In this document: one piece after another, positions 10,822-21,503 of the stretch
Numbering within the stretch: position 1 is the stretch's first letter
Layout: the number at the start of each line of letters is the position of its first letter
From: an uncultured Planctomycetota bacterium
Lineage (GTDB): Bacteria > Planctomycetota > Planctomycetia > Gemmatales > Gemmataceae
Assembly: GCA_963849325.1 (NCBI GenBank)
Contig: CAWKHF010000004.1
Coordinates: 192,001-256,000, forward strand
Length of the DNA: 64,000 bases
Reading direction: 5' to 3'
Made by a program: the position numbers and the translations under genes
The notes under the pieces: generated by a model
Database searches by the model: none
What the model saw: only the letters and a program-made list of their open reading frames with translations
Told to the model about the DNA's origin: nothing

Positions 10822-11564
10822 TCACGATTCACGATCCTTGTCCATGTCGTGAAGCAAGTGCGAGTAATCCGCATAGGGTGTCTCGTCGGGCGGACCCTGG
10901 GCGTGGAGATAGGTGCTGTCCGCCAAAGCGCCGCGCAGGGCGACGAGGGAGCTGGAAACGGTCCCCCGGTCGCCGGCGCGGAAGCACATCGGCGGATCTT
11001 CCGGTTCGTGCTGCGCACACAACTGCCGCAGCGCTCGCACGCACTCTTCGCCGTGGAGTAGCGTTGTCGGTTGAGCCAGTCCAGCGCGTGCTGGAGCCGG
11101 GCATCACTGGCATCATTGATGTCGCGGTTGGTCAACACGTGCAGTCCCGGCGGCAGCGGACGGACGCGCAGCCAATCGCCGGAGTGGATCACGACGGCCC
11201 GTCCGGCGTCGGCACAAAGGAAGTTGCAGCCCGCATAATCGTTCGATTCCAGGGCGCGGATGGCATGATCCATCGCCGCCTCGGCCGAGCGACACATCAG
11301 CAGCTCGCGGGCCAGCAGACCTCGGCTGCGCGGTCGGGACGGCGGTTCCGACTTGGGCCGGTTGGTGACGGCCACGAGCACACGATTCGCGTTGACGCCG
11401 AACCACGTTCCGCCGGCCAGCGGATCGAGGCCGGCCACGGCACGGATGGATCCATCCAGCAGGCGAGGCGGTTCGCCGCCGCGACGGTAGTATTCTTCTC
11501 GATTGGCCCCGGCGACCACGGCCGCATCCTCGACCACGCGGAAGAACAAGGCCAGCAGACACAT
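10822..11564 (-). CDS. NRDE/TANGO2-family protein (frameshift near 11040)
   Basis: MCLL start, ANREE, DPLAGGTWFGVN, VTNR, SRGLL, GTVSSS. Confidence 0.85.
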
Positions 11565-11626
11565 CCCCGCCTCCTCCCGTTGCGGCACAGCTGCGAAAAA
11601 AAGGGTCCCTCCCGCTCTCCGCCTCT

Positions 11627-11682
11627 CGTTTAGCCGCGACGCGCAGCGGAGCGCGCGTTCCGCTGCGCGTCGCGGCTAAACG
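11627..11682. repeat. REP-like palindrome (family A)
   Basis: CGTTTAGCCGCGACGCGCAGCGGA...TCCGCTGCGCGTCGCGGCTAAACG. Confidence 0.9.
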
Positions 11683-11744
11683 GGTCGGAAAGGGAGGATC
11701 CCTTGTTTCCATTCTACGCAACGGGCATCTATTGCGCCTCTTTC

Positions 11745-12716
11745 TCACGCACTCTTGCGCACGGGTTCCGGTGTGCGGGGGGCCTGGCGGAGATGTCCCA
11801 GCGAGATCGTCCGCGGCGCCTGGTCGAGCAGGGCGTCGATGGCCTGCAAGCGCGGCAGCAAACCCCGGCCGTTGGCGATCTGAATGGCCAGCCCCGGCCG
11901 CGCGTTCGCCTCCAGGAGCATCGGCCCGGCGTTTTCGTCCACGACGATATCGACGCCGATGTATCCCAGGCCGACTGCCCGAGCCACGCGGCGCGACATA
12001 TCCAATACGTCGGCCCAGTACGGCACCCTCATGCCGACGACGGGCCGTCCCGTGTCGGGATGATGCTCGATGAAGCGATTGCGCTGAACGGCATGATGCG
12101 TGACGCCGGTTTCCAGATCGACGCCGGTGCCGATGCCGCCCTGATGCAGGTTGGCCCGGCCGTTGGACGCCCGGGTCGGCAGACGAAGCATGGCCATCGC
12201 CGGTTCGTTGCGATAGAGGATCACGCGCATGTCGGGGATGCCCTTGTACGTGACGGTCTCGAACGCCCGGTGCAAGCGGATACGCTGCTGCACGATGGCT
12301 GTATCGGGCTGGCCGCCCAGGGAATACATGCCCGAGAGGATGTCGGACAGGTGCTGGCGCAGAGCGTCGAGCCGCAGCTTTTCGCCGTTGTGACGCAGAT
12401 ACGCGCCTCCCTCGCGGCCGACCACGACGAGCACGCCGCGGCCGGCGGAGCCGCGGTTGGGCTTGATGACGAAGTCGTCGCGCTCGCCGAGCAACTCGGG
12501 CAGGCGGCGCAGCATCGAATACGACGAGACCTCGGCATAGACCTCGGGCGTGGGCACGTCGATGCGACGGCACAGTTTCGCCAGGCGCAGCTTGTCATCG
12601 ACGAGGGGGAACAAGGAGCGCGGGTTGTGATCGAGGATACAGGCCGCGTTCCGGCGATTCATGCCCAGGATCCCCAACTCGCGCAACCGCCGAGCCGCCT
12701 TGAACAACCACAACAT
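11745..12716 (-). CDS. Alpha-L-glutamate ligase-like (RimK-related) ATP-grasp protein
   Basis: LGMNRRN, VDDKL, FVIKPNRGSAGRG, GRANLHQGG, GVDIVVD, LEANARPGLAIQIANG. Confidence 0.9.
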   Translation of the reverse strand: MLWLFKAARRLRELGILGMNRRNAACILDHNPRSLFPLVDDKLRLAKLCRRIDVPTPEVYAEVSSYSMLRRLPELLGERDDFVIKPNRGSAGRGVLVVVGREGGAYLRHNGEKLRLDALRQHLSDILSGMYSLGGQPDTAIVQQRIRLHRAFETVTYKGIPDMRVILYRNEPAMAMLRLPTRASNGRANLHQGGIGTGVDLETGVTHHAVQRNRFIEHHPDTGRPVVGMRVPYWADVLDMSRRVARAVGLGYIGVDIVVDENAGPMLLEANARPGLAIQIANGRGLLPRLQAIDALLDQAPRTISLGHLRQAPRTPEPVRKSA

Positions 12717-12733
12717 GCCCTACCTCCAAAATA

Positions 12734-12868
12734 ATTCACCACGGAAAACACGGAAGACACGGAAAAAATGACAAAAAGAAAGAGGGAAGGGAGTGGTCGC
12801 GTCTCCGATTGCTTATTCTCTTCTTCTTTTGTCTTTTTTCCGTGTCTTCCGTGTTTTCCGTGGTGAAT
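12734..12868. repeat. Long inverted repeat with 9-bp periodic arms (family E)
   Basis: ATTCACCACGGAAAACACGGAAGACACGGAAAAAA and its exact reverse complement. Confidence 0.85.
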
Positions 12869-12872
12869 GAAT

Positions 12873-14516
12873 TTATAGTTCACTATCGATGGCCCAGTGG
12901 TGGTCTTCATGGGCCGGCGGTTTCAGGAAATCGCGGAAGCGGAACAGTTCCATGAGGCGGTATCCGGTGTAACGGCCGATGAGCAGCTGCGCCGCCATGA
13001 TAAGCCCGAGCGTCTCGGGGAAGCGAAACATGTGCTGCACCAACTCGCCGCTGCTCAGGACCAGGGCGATGACCGTGGCGATGAGCATGGTCTGGAACAG
13101 CGTGCGGAACGAAGCGCTGGTGCTGTCCTCCGTCTCCAGCGTCCAGAAGCGTTCGACCATGCCGCACAGAATAATCATGGGGAACAGCGAGATATAGCGC
13201 GTTGTGGGAGCGCCATAGACGTTGGCGGCCACCACGGCGGAGATGAGCACGATCATGATGAGCGTCAGCATCGTGGCGACGCGCGGCACTTGCAGCAGGT
13301 GATAGTAGTCCAGGACGCGGCGCATGAGCCAGCCGATGAGCAAGATCGTCACGAACACGAGAATGCCCGGCAGGCTGTGCAGGTCGTGGAATGCCAGCCC
13401 GATTAACGCCGGCGCGAAGGTGCCGAAGCTGCTCAGACCGATGACGTTGCGGAAGACACAGATGATGAGCGCCGCGATGGGCAAGAGCAGTAGGATCTCG
13501 ACGAGGCGGCGCTCGGCCGGCGGCAGGGTGAACAGAGAGAGGTTCAGGAACAGGCGCTTAAGCGGCGAGACGCCCGCTGCGTTGGCGTCGGGCGCCGGCA
13601 GGCGTTCGACGAGGACGGCGAAATCGAGGTCCTTGACGTGCCGCCCGCGTACCAGCGGTTTTTCGCCGAAGCCGAAGACGAGAAAGGTTGAAGGAACGCG
13701 GCCGAAGTGCTGATAGAAGGGGCACATCGGCAGCCAGTGGCCATAGGTGGGCAGCCACGCCTCGACCCAGTAATGGGGCGGCTGTTCCGCCCCTTTGGAC
13801 AGGGCCAGGCCGGTGACTATGCGGGCGGCGATGCCGCGATTGCGCAGCAGCGCCAGCAGCAATCGACTCTTCGCCAAGCGATCGCCGTGCTTGTTTTTCA
13901 GACACTCGACCGCGCCGGCCGAGTCGCCGTCCACCGGGTCGTTCATGATGTCCTGGGCGACGAAGCGATACAGCGCCTCGGCAATGTCGTGCTGGTTGCG
14001 CGGACTGTCCAGGTCGGCGCACAGGTCCCGGGCAACCACCGAGATGGACTCCTCGTTGGCGGCGCGGCCGCTGTCGTTGCCGAGATATTCTCCCGGACGA
14101 GGAGGCGCGTAAAGACCCGTGGTGAGATGTTTCATGAGGGCGTTGGGCCGGTTGACCTCCACGGCGACGTGGAACTCACAGCGGGCGCGGAACGGGCCGT
14201 CGGGCGCTCCGCCGCGCTGCGACCATAATACGAGGCGTCGCTCGGGGTGACGTGCTTCCGGCGGCTTGGGGAACAGTTGCTCGCTCTGGTAGGCGTCGTC
14301 GAGCACCTGTTGGCGGTCGAGATCCAGCGGCGTGGCCGTTGTCAGGCGCGCGTTGCCCAGGCTGGTGCCGTGTACCGCCAGGGTCACTTTCCACGCACCC
14401 GGCCCGCGCGGCCGGCGCAGCTCATCGCCCAGCACCTGTTGACGGACCACCATGACGGCCACGGAAAGCGCGGCCAGGACCGCGGCCGTCAATGCACACA
14501 GCGTCGTCCTTGACAT
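12873..14516 (-). CDS. Inactive transglutaminase domain fused to 7-TM domain
   Basis: N-terminal TM; GDRLAKS (Cys lost), GIAARIVTG, HYWVEAW; C-terminal RNVIGLSSFGTFAP ... FPE ... GRYTGYRLMELFRFR. Confidence 0.85.
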   Translation of the reverse strand: MSRTTLCALTAAVLAALSVAVMVVRQQVLGDELRRPRGPGAWKVTLAVHGTSLGNARLTTATPLDLDRQQVLDDAYQSEQLFPKPPEARHPERRLVLWSQRGGAPDGPFRARCEFHVAVEVNRPNALMKHLTTGLYAPPRPGEYLGNDSGRAANEESISVVARDLCADLDSPRNQHDIAEALYRFVAQDIMNDPVDGDSAGAVECLKNKHGDRLAKSRLLLALLRNRGIAARIVTGLALSKGAEQPPHYWVEAWLPTYGHWLPMCPFYQHFGRVPSTFLVFGFGEKPLVRGRHVKDLDFAVLVERLPAPDANAAGVSPLKRLFLNLSLFTLPPAERRLVEILLLLPIAALIICVFRNVIGLSSFGTFAPALIGLAFHDLHSLPGILVFVTILLIGWLMRRVLDYYHLLQVPRVATMLTLIMIVLISAVVAANVYGAPTTRYISLFPMIILCGMVERFWTLETEDSTSASFRTLFQTMLIATVIALVLSSGELVQHMFRFPETLGLIMAAQLLIGRYTGYRLMELFRFRDFLKPPAHEDHHWAIDSEL

Positions 14517-14563
14517 CTGTTTGCCTCTCTACCCGGAGAAACACCACGCCGCGAGGAACTCGC

Positions 14564-16640
14564 TCACTGCCCAGCGCCGGCATTCGCTGGAGTGCCGGCG
14601 CTGGCTTGCACGGACTCCCAGCGGACGTGGAAGCGCAGTGCCTCCGTGTCCTGCGGCCGGGGCATGGCCAGCAGATAGCCGCAGCGACGCCGCTCGTCCC
14701 AGCAGAACACCCAGCGCTTCGACGGCAATCGGCTGCTCAGCTGAGGCGTCAATCCCGCCCGCGCTCGTGGCAGATGGACCTCGGCGAAGATGAACGGCAC
14801 CAATGGCCGCCGCTCCTCGACCTTTTCCTTGCGCACCAGGCCGGCGAATCGTCCGTTGGGCAACAGGGTCACTTGATACTTGTCCGTCCGCACGACCGTT
14901 TGCGCCTGCCTCGGCAGAGACACCGAGATGGTGTTGCCCTGGACCTGGGAACGGACGGAGGGCGGGCGCAAGGCTTCGTTTGCGGACTTAGGGGGCGAGG
15001 GTAGCTTCAAGGTTGGATCGCCCCATAAGGTAAAGGCCCAGGCGGAGCGAAGGTTGGCGCCGGTGCGCGTCGCTCCCTTGCCTAACCGCTTCTCCTTGAG
15101 CAGCGAATAGGCGAGCAGGAAATTCTTGGCCTGCCGCAGTGCGTCGCCGGTCGAGCGGTCTTCGTACAGCAGGGCGTTGAAGAAAGACAGCGAACAGGCC
15201 CCGCCCGAGCCGGAATAGGTGCGCGTCGAGGAGCCGATCACACTGACGGCCCCACGACTGAGGACGGAGCTGGACCGCGCTTCGGTCAGCGCCAGACAGC
15301 TTTGTAAAAAGACGAACGTGGCTGGCAACGGCTCGTCCCAGGTCGGAAACTCGAAGTCGTTCATGAGCGTGCCGGAGTGCCCCTCCCACAAAAACAGGTC
15401 GTGCAACGGCAATTGCCGGCGCACCTCGTCGCGGTTGACCTGGCTTCCGATCATCGTGGTCGTGTCGTAGCCGGCGTTGCGCAGGCTGGCGATGGTGTTG
15501 CGGGAAAAGGTTTCGAGCAGGCTGAGTCCGCCGCCGGAATTGCTCGCCACCAGCGCCTTGCGCGGTCCCTGTGCCTCGGCCAACAGCCGTTGGCGGGCCA
15601 GCATCAACGTCACCACGGCGCGGTCGGCGTGGAAGAGCCGGCCGGTGGCGAAGGTGAACGGTCGATTGCCGCTGGGCGTCAACGGCTCCATCTCGATGTG
15701 CGGATCCTTGTCGCCGGGGATGGGATTGGGTCGCTGCCACATCGGAATCGCTCGCAGGTTGGCCACGAGCAGCATCGCATCCACGCGGCGCAGCGCCTCG
15801 CGCCGCAGGGCGCGGTCCATGACATCGGCCACGTTCGTCCCCGCCGGATTGGTCAGCAACAGGGCGGCGTGCTTGCGCAGCGCGATCCACGGCGCCAGCG
15901 CCGACGTGCCGCCAAGGTCACCGCGCACGTCGGCCGGGTTCGTCACGACCACGGTTTCGATACGCTCTCGGCGGGCCAGTTGCTTTTGATACGCGATTGC
16001 CACGGCGCATCTCGCTCGCCAGCGGGATGCGTTCGACGCCTGGAAGCTGTGCGGCGAGCTTGTCGGCCTTGCCGACGAGGTAGACGCGCTGTGTCTGCCA
16101 TTCGCCGAGTCGTTTCGCCAGCTTGATTTCTTCTCCGCTGCGGCCATGTACCACGTACAGCGGCGCATGCAGCACTCCGGCGAGGCAGGCCGCCTGGAGC
16201 AAGGCTCCGCGCGGATGGGCCGGACAGACAACCACGTCGTCGGCCCGGCGGAACAGGGATCGCCAGAGACTGGTCGGCGGCCCGTGCGTCCACACCACCG
16301 GGGACGACGTCTTGATGCCCAGGCGGCCTTCCATCTCATGGACCGCCTCGGCGCTGGTTCCTACAGGAACGATACGCGCCGGCTTGTAGGCGTTCAGGAA
16401 CGCCTTCAGGTACGGTGCGGCCTTCGAGGAATCGAGCAGCAAGACACTGTCCTCGCGCCACGCGGACAGGGCGGCACTCAGGACGATCAGGTTTTCGTCG
16501 GGCAGATCGCCGGCCAGGTAGACGGCACGCTCCGCCTGCGGCGACGCGGCCGATAGACGCGGACTTGCACTCGCCGCGCAAACGACCAGCGCCAGGGCGA
16601 GGCAGGCCGAACGACTGAGCATCCGTGCGAGAAAGGGCAT
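14564..16640 (-). CDS. Secreted C25/gingipain-like (caspase-fold) cysteine peptidase (frameshift near 16000)
   Basis: Signal peptide; WEGH and LQSC His/Cys dyad; GAVSVIG; TGDALRQAK; LWGDPTLKL. Confidence 0.7.
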
Positions 16641-16889
16641 TGATGAGGATCCTCAGAACAAGGGCGGTTGGCTGAGTTCGTGGGAGCCGCCGCGGTCAGA
16701 GAGGAAACGCTACCCGGCTGACATGCCGTTGAGCACGGCCGACATCTTGCAACACGTCCGGGAAAAATGCCAGAGCATTACCCCGGCCGACGAGACGATA
16801 GCGAAGGCACGAAGACCGTGGAAGCTGGGTCATCCGGGACGAGGCGGCGGCGTTGTTCATTCCGGCCCCAGTTGCTACGATGGGTCGCC

Positions 16890-17597
16890 ATGAAGGACAC
16901 GAACCCCCTCCGTACTCGCGCCGGCCAGATCGTTCGTCAGCTGTCCCGGCTTTACCCCGACGCCCACTGCGCCCTGCATTACGCCAACCCCCTGCAGCTC
17001 CTCGTCGCCACCATCCTCTCGGCCCAGTGTACCGACGAGCGCGTCAACCAGGTCACGCCGGCCTTGTTCGTCCGCTACCCCGACGCCCTCGCCTTCGCCA
17101 CGGCCAACCCCGCCGAGCTGGAGACGAGGATTAAATCGACCGGCTTCTTTCGCAACAAGGCGAAGAACATCATCGCCTGCTGCCGGCAACTGATGGAGCA
17201 TCATGGCGGTCAGGTGCCGCGGACGATGGAAGAGCTGGTGCCGCTGCCCGGCGTCGGACGCAAGACGGCGAACGTCCTCCTCGGCAACGCCTTCGACGTC
17301 CCCGGCATCCCGGTCGATACGCACGTATCTCGACTGAGTTATCGCATGGGCTTCACGGAACACTACGAACCCGTGAAGATCGAGCGCGACCTGATGGCCC
17401 TGATTCCGCGCGAAGAATGGACGATGTTCGGCCATCGCATGATCTTCCACGGTCGGCAGGTCTGCCACGCGCGCAAACCGCTGTGCGATTCGTGCGTCCT
17501 GGCCAAGCTCTGTCCACGGCGCGGCGTGGAGGAGTTGGAGAAAATCGGGGAGCATATCGATGAAATCAAAGAGAGACAAAGGAAGGGGGTAAAATGA
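16890..17597 (+). CDS. nth: Endonuclease III
   Basis: LSAQCTD, HhH LPGVGRKTAN, VDTH, 4Fe-4S CHARKPLCDSCVLAKLC. Confidence 0.95.
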   Translation: MKDTNPLRTRAGQIVRQLSRLYPDAHCALHYANPLQLLVATILSAQCTDERVNQVTPALFVRYPDALAFATANPAELETRIKSTGFFRNKAKNIIACCRQLMEHHGGQVPRTMEELVPLPGVGRKTANVLLGNAFDVPGIPVDTHVSRLSYRMGFTEHYEPVKIERDLMALIPREEWTMFGHRMIFHGRQVCHARKPLCDSCVLAKLCPRRGVEELEKIGEHIDEIKERQRKGVK

Positions 17598-18822
17598 ACA
17601 CCTTGCTCGATCGCTTTTGCCGTTACGTCCGCATCGACACCACGGCCGATGAGTCGGCCACGATCTATCCCAGCTCGCCGGGACAACTCGAACTTGGGCG
17701 AATGCTGACGGAGGAACTGCGCAGGCCTGGGTTTGCGCGACGCCGTTCAGGACGAACACGGCATCGTCCTGGCCACGATCCCCGCCACGGTTCGGCACAG
17801 CGCCCCGACCATCGCCTGGATCGCCCACGTCGATACCTCGCCGGAGACGACCGGCCGCAATGTCCAACCGATCGTCCACGCCAACTACGATGGCCGCGAC
17901 ATCGTGCTGCCGGGCGATCCGAGCAAGGTGATCCGTACCGCCGACAATCCCGAGCTGCTAACGCTCAAGGGTAAGACCCTCATCACGACCGACGGCACGA
18001 CGCTGCTGGGCGCCGACGACAAGGCGGGCGTGGCCGTCATCATGGAGGCGGCGGCCCAGCTGATGGCCCGGCCGGAGTTGCCGCACGGGCCGATTCGCGT
18101 CTGCTTCACCTGCGACGAGGAGATCGGCCACGGCGTCGATCACGTCGATCTGACCAGGCTGGGCGCGGTCGTCGGTTACACGCTGGACGGCGGTGGGCAG
18201 GGCGAGATCGACGGCGAGACGTTCTCCGCCGACCTCGCCGTCGTCACCATCCGCGGCATCAACATTCACCCCGCCATCGCCAAGGGACGCATGGTCAACG
18301 CGGTGCGCCTGGCCGGCTTGTTCCTCGATCGACTGCCGCGCCTGTGTCAGTCGCCGGAGACGACCGCCGACCGTGAGGGATTTCTGCATCCCTACCGCAT
18401 CGAGGGCGGCGTCGCTGAAGTGACCCTGCGCATTCTGCTGCGCGACTTCGACACGCCGCGCCTCGCCGAGCACGCCGAGCTGCTGCGCACGATTGCCCGC
18501 ACCATCCAGGCGGAGTATCCGCAGGCGTTGATCGACGTCAAGGTGACGCCGCAGTATCGCAACATGGCCGACGGCTTGGCGAAGGAGCCGCGCGCCCTGG
18601 CGTGTGCGCGAGGAGGCGATGCGCCGGGCCGGCCTGGAGCCGAAATTGACTATCGTGCGCGGCGGCACGGACGGCTCGCGCCTGACCGAATTGGGCCTGC
18701 CCACGCCGAACCTCTCGACCGGCGAGCACAACCTGCACTCGCCGCTGGAGTGGACGTGCCTGGAGGAGATGGCCACGGCCGTGCGCGTGCTGGTGGAGTT
18801 GGCCAAAGTTTGGGCCGAATGA
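17594..18822 (+). CDS. pepT: Peptidase T (frameshifts near 17725 and 18605)
   Basis: AHVDTS, LGADDKAG, DEEIG, RGGTDG, HNLHSPLE. Confidence 0.9.
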
Positions 18823-19014
18823 GCGGTCCCGTTGGATGGCCCTGTTACCATCGTTGCGCGTGAATGCGGGGGCTGACGTAGCGCTCGTTGACCTCCGGAT
18901 GGATGGCTCCTTTCTCGACCCGGCAGTTTGACCGGCCGACAGCAGCGGTCTAAAGTTGTTCGCCGCCACAAGGCGGGATAGATACTCTCCGGTCAATGGA
19001 AGGATGGATCAGCG

Positions 19015-19221
19015 ATGGGTGCAGAACTCAGTCCGGCGTTTTGGCTTGTCACCACCGCTGTTGCCGGCACCTTCGCATTCCTTGCCATCAGCCGCCCGTG
19101 GCGATTTCTCCGGGCGAGAACGCACTGCCCGCAGTGTAAAAAGATGCTGCCGCGCTGGAACTGCTGGGGATGGGCGCAGGTCTGGTCCTGCTCGCGCTGT
19201 GGCTGTCAGGTCGGCCGCTAA
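19015..19221 (+). CDS. Small membrane protein with C-terminal zinc ribbon
   Basis: TM helix, then CPQC and CSRC. Confidence 0.5.
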   Translation: MGAELSPAFWLVTTAVAGTFAFLAISRPWRFLRARTHCPQCKKMLPRWNCWGWAQVWSCSRCGCQVGR

Positions 19222-19278
19222 CCACCTACCACCTACCGGCAGCGCCGCGCGTCGAGCCGTCGGCACGCTGTGAAGGCG

Positions 19279-19680
19279 TCAAACCTCATCCTGTCCGGCG
19301 CCGTCCCCGGCTGAATAGAGACCCTGCGGGGAAAGCTCTGGGACGAGTACGGACGGAATAGTCGCCGCGGCAGGGAGGAGAGGCACGAGGCGGGGCCGGT
19401 TCGGTTCATCGGGGCGGCTCGCGGCGCTGGAGGCGCCCGTTGGCCGTAGCACGTCGGTGACGTCCTCGATCTCTTCCGCTGCGAAGACGGTCCAACAGCC
19501 GATCGCTTCGCCGTCCATGCGCACATAGTAAGATTCCCAGCCGGCCTCCGAGGCTTCCTTGCCCCCCAGCACCGTACCCTGACAGCCAGGGAGATAGCCT
19601 CGCGTCAGACCTGGCGTCGTTACGCGCACTCGGTCGCCCGCCTTGAACTCGCCTCGCATATTCCGGCCCTCGGACGCCAT
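19279..19680 (-). CDS. Hypothetical protein (SH3-like FKAGDRVRV motif)
   Basis: GGAG upstream; globular N-terminal half; 3' end uncertain. Confidence 0.35.
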   Translation of the reverse strand: MASEGRNMRGEFKAGDRVRVTTPGLTRGYLPGCQGTVLGGKEASEAGWESYYVRMDGEAIGCWTVFAAEEIEDVTDVLRPTGASSAASRPDEPNRPRLVPLLPAAATIPSVLVPELSPQGLYSAGDGAGQDEV

Positions 19681-20020
19681 TGTCCTGCTACCCTCCGAGG
19701 CAAGTTTGCTCCGCGCCCGGGGGCGAGTCAATGGTTGCGGGCGGCGCCGGACGGAGTTTTTCGTCGCCGATTCAGGGACCGACGCAAAGATACGCCACGG
19801 ACATGCGTGGAAAGGTGGCACGCCGGCCGGCACCCTGCGGAACCAGGGTCGGAAGTATCCCGGCTTCGCGCCGGCCGCGTCCCGCAGGCTGGCGCAAGGC
19901 CATCGGGGCCGGATCGCGCGGAAGAAGGCGGAGCGTTCCGCATTCTCATGGGGTCTGATGCCGCGCCTCCGACCACCGGAGGGTACGCTTAAATTGCGTT
20001 CAGTCTTCCCTTTAGGTCAG

Positions 20021-20093
20021 TAGCGGCGGCTGGGATCGAACCAGCGACACGCGGCTTATGAAGCCGCTGCTCTAACCGCTGAGCTACGCCGCC
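20021..20093 (-). tRNA. tRNA-Met (CAT), probably elongator; CCA not encoded
   Basis: GGCGGCGTAGCTCAGCGGTTAGAGCAGCGGCTTCATAAGCCGCGTGTCGCTGGTTCGATCCCAGCCGCCGCTA folds into a cloverleaf. Confidence 0.92.
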
Positions 20094-20124
20094 AATGGAG
20101 AGCAAGTCATCCTGTCTGACAATG

Positions 20125-20152
20125 ATTCTACCCCTCCGGTTCGCCCTGGCAA
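20125..20152 (-). promoter_or_regulatory. Putative sigma70 promoter of the tRNA
   Basis: TTGCCA-16 nt-TAGAAT about 30 nt upstream of the tRNA. Confidence 0.45.
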
Positions 20153-20289
20153 GCCCGTCAAATCCTACGAAGACCACTCTCTCAGGTAGCGGTCGATGTA
20201 GAAGGCATAAAATAAGGTCGCGGGTTCCAGAGGAGACGTTGCGGTCGGCACACGCTCGTCCCGCGTCGTCTGTCTCAACGGGCTTTGAT

Positions 20290-21115
20290 TCAATGCGGCG
20301 GCAATTGCGGATTGCCGGCCGCTTCCTTGTCGTGGATCTCGATAGCTGTCACGCAATTCGTCAGCGCTCCCGTCATTATGTGGACCTTCACCCATGAATG
20401 CTCCGCGTGCGTCCGGCCGTATTTCTCGTCGTACCAGCGGTCGAACCTGCACGCGGAGAAACCCGACGAATCCGCCACAAACTTCGTTTCCAGAGCCTTG
20501 AGCGCAAGGGGGTCCGAGACACCATCCAGCGCAGGACCGGCGTAGCTTCCTCGCTCTCAAAGAACCGGGCGATGACGCTGTAGGAAACCGCCTCGCCGAC
20601 GTGGCCCTTCTCTTGCGCATGCGCAGGTCCGTCATAAATCTCCTGCCGGATAGGGTGGAAAACACCTTGAAACAGGCGGCGAACGCTTGATCCGCAAGGC
20701 GAGCAGGCGGACGGACGCGCGTTGACTCACGCTCCGGTTACTCGATGCCGGCGCATAAATCGGTCAGTAATTGTAGAAATTCTGCTTTCTCGTTGGTCTG
20801 TGCGGCGCCGTAGGCGGGCCAGTCCTGTTTGTAGGTTTTTCGCGGGCGCTGGATCGGTTCGCCGCCGACAATCTCCCGTATTGGCTTGCCGAGCCGAGCA
20901 TCGGAACTCTTGCGGAGTATGTCCACGCGGACGGCGATGACATGCTTGCACGGCTCTTGTCTCAGTTCATAATCCGCGCAGGTACAAGAGACGGGATGGA
21001 GCGTCACCTTGTACTTCTCGACAGAAGTAAGGGAGAAGACGAGCCTGTGTCCGTCCTGCTTAATGACGCGGCCACGGACAACGAGTTCTCTGGCTTTTTC
21101 CATGCGAGCGTCCAT
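20290..21115 (-). pseudogene. Decayed SWIM-finger + DDE (IS4/IS5-like) transposase
   Basis: CTCADY..PCKH SWIM; KQDWPAY; in-frame TAA at 20738; frameshifts; DSSGF and WVKVH motifs; truncated 3' end. Confidence 0.7.
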
Positions 21116-21299
21116 CGAATAATCTCCGATGATGTCCGCACGACGAAGCCGGATAATGAGGTTGTGACACCGTCCGGCTTCGGTCGTGCGGCTGACCAGC
21201 CCTGATGGAAGTTGGCACTTCCATCAGGGCTTTACTTTTCACGAGTTATATGGTAATAAAAATAGTCAGAAAATCGCAGGTCCATAGGAAGGAGAAATC

Positions 21300-21503
21300 A
21301 TGGGCAGGCCACGAAAAAGCGGGGATTTGCTGATGAATGTGCCGCTGCGGATCATGCTGACGACCGTACAGAAGCACATGATCGACGAAGCGGCTCAAAT
21401 GGACGGATTGGACACGTCAGCGTGGGCGCACCCCATTCTACTGAGGGCGGCGCAGGAACGGGTTGCGAGAGCCGGCGCGGCCAAGAAACGGACGACGAAG
21501 TGA
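21300..21503 (+). CDS. Small ribbon-helix-helix-like DNA-binding protein
   Basis: Strong SD AAGGAG; GRPRK, LRIML, IDEAA, SAWA pattern; divergent from the transposase. Confidence 0.6.
   Translation: MGRPRKSGDLLMNVPLRIMLTTVQKHMIDEAAQMDGLDTSAWAHPILLRAAQERVARAGAAKKRTTK

Noticed and set aside
9112-11061. Long antisense or alternative-frame ORFs (also 22301-24277, 29805-32273, 50231-52072, 57138-59213)
   Set aside because: Shadow ORFs of high-GC genes with no recognisable motifs
20021-20093. Initiator tRNA-fMet or tRNA-Ile2
   Set aside because: Position 1-72 is a G-U pair and there are no three consecutive G-C pairs of the initiator type; Ile2 cannot be fully excluded without a covariance model
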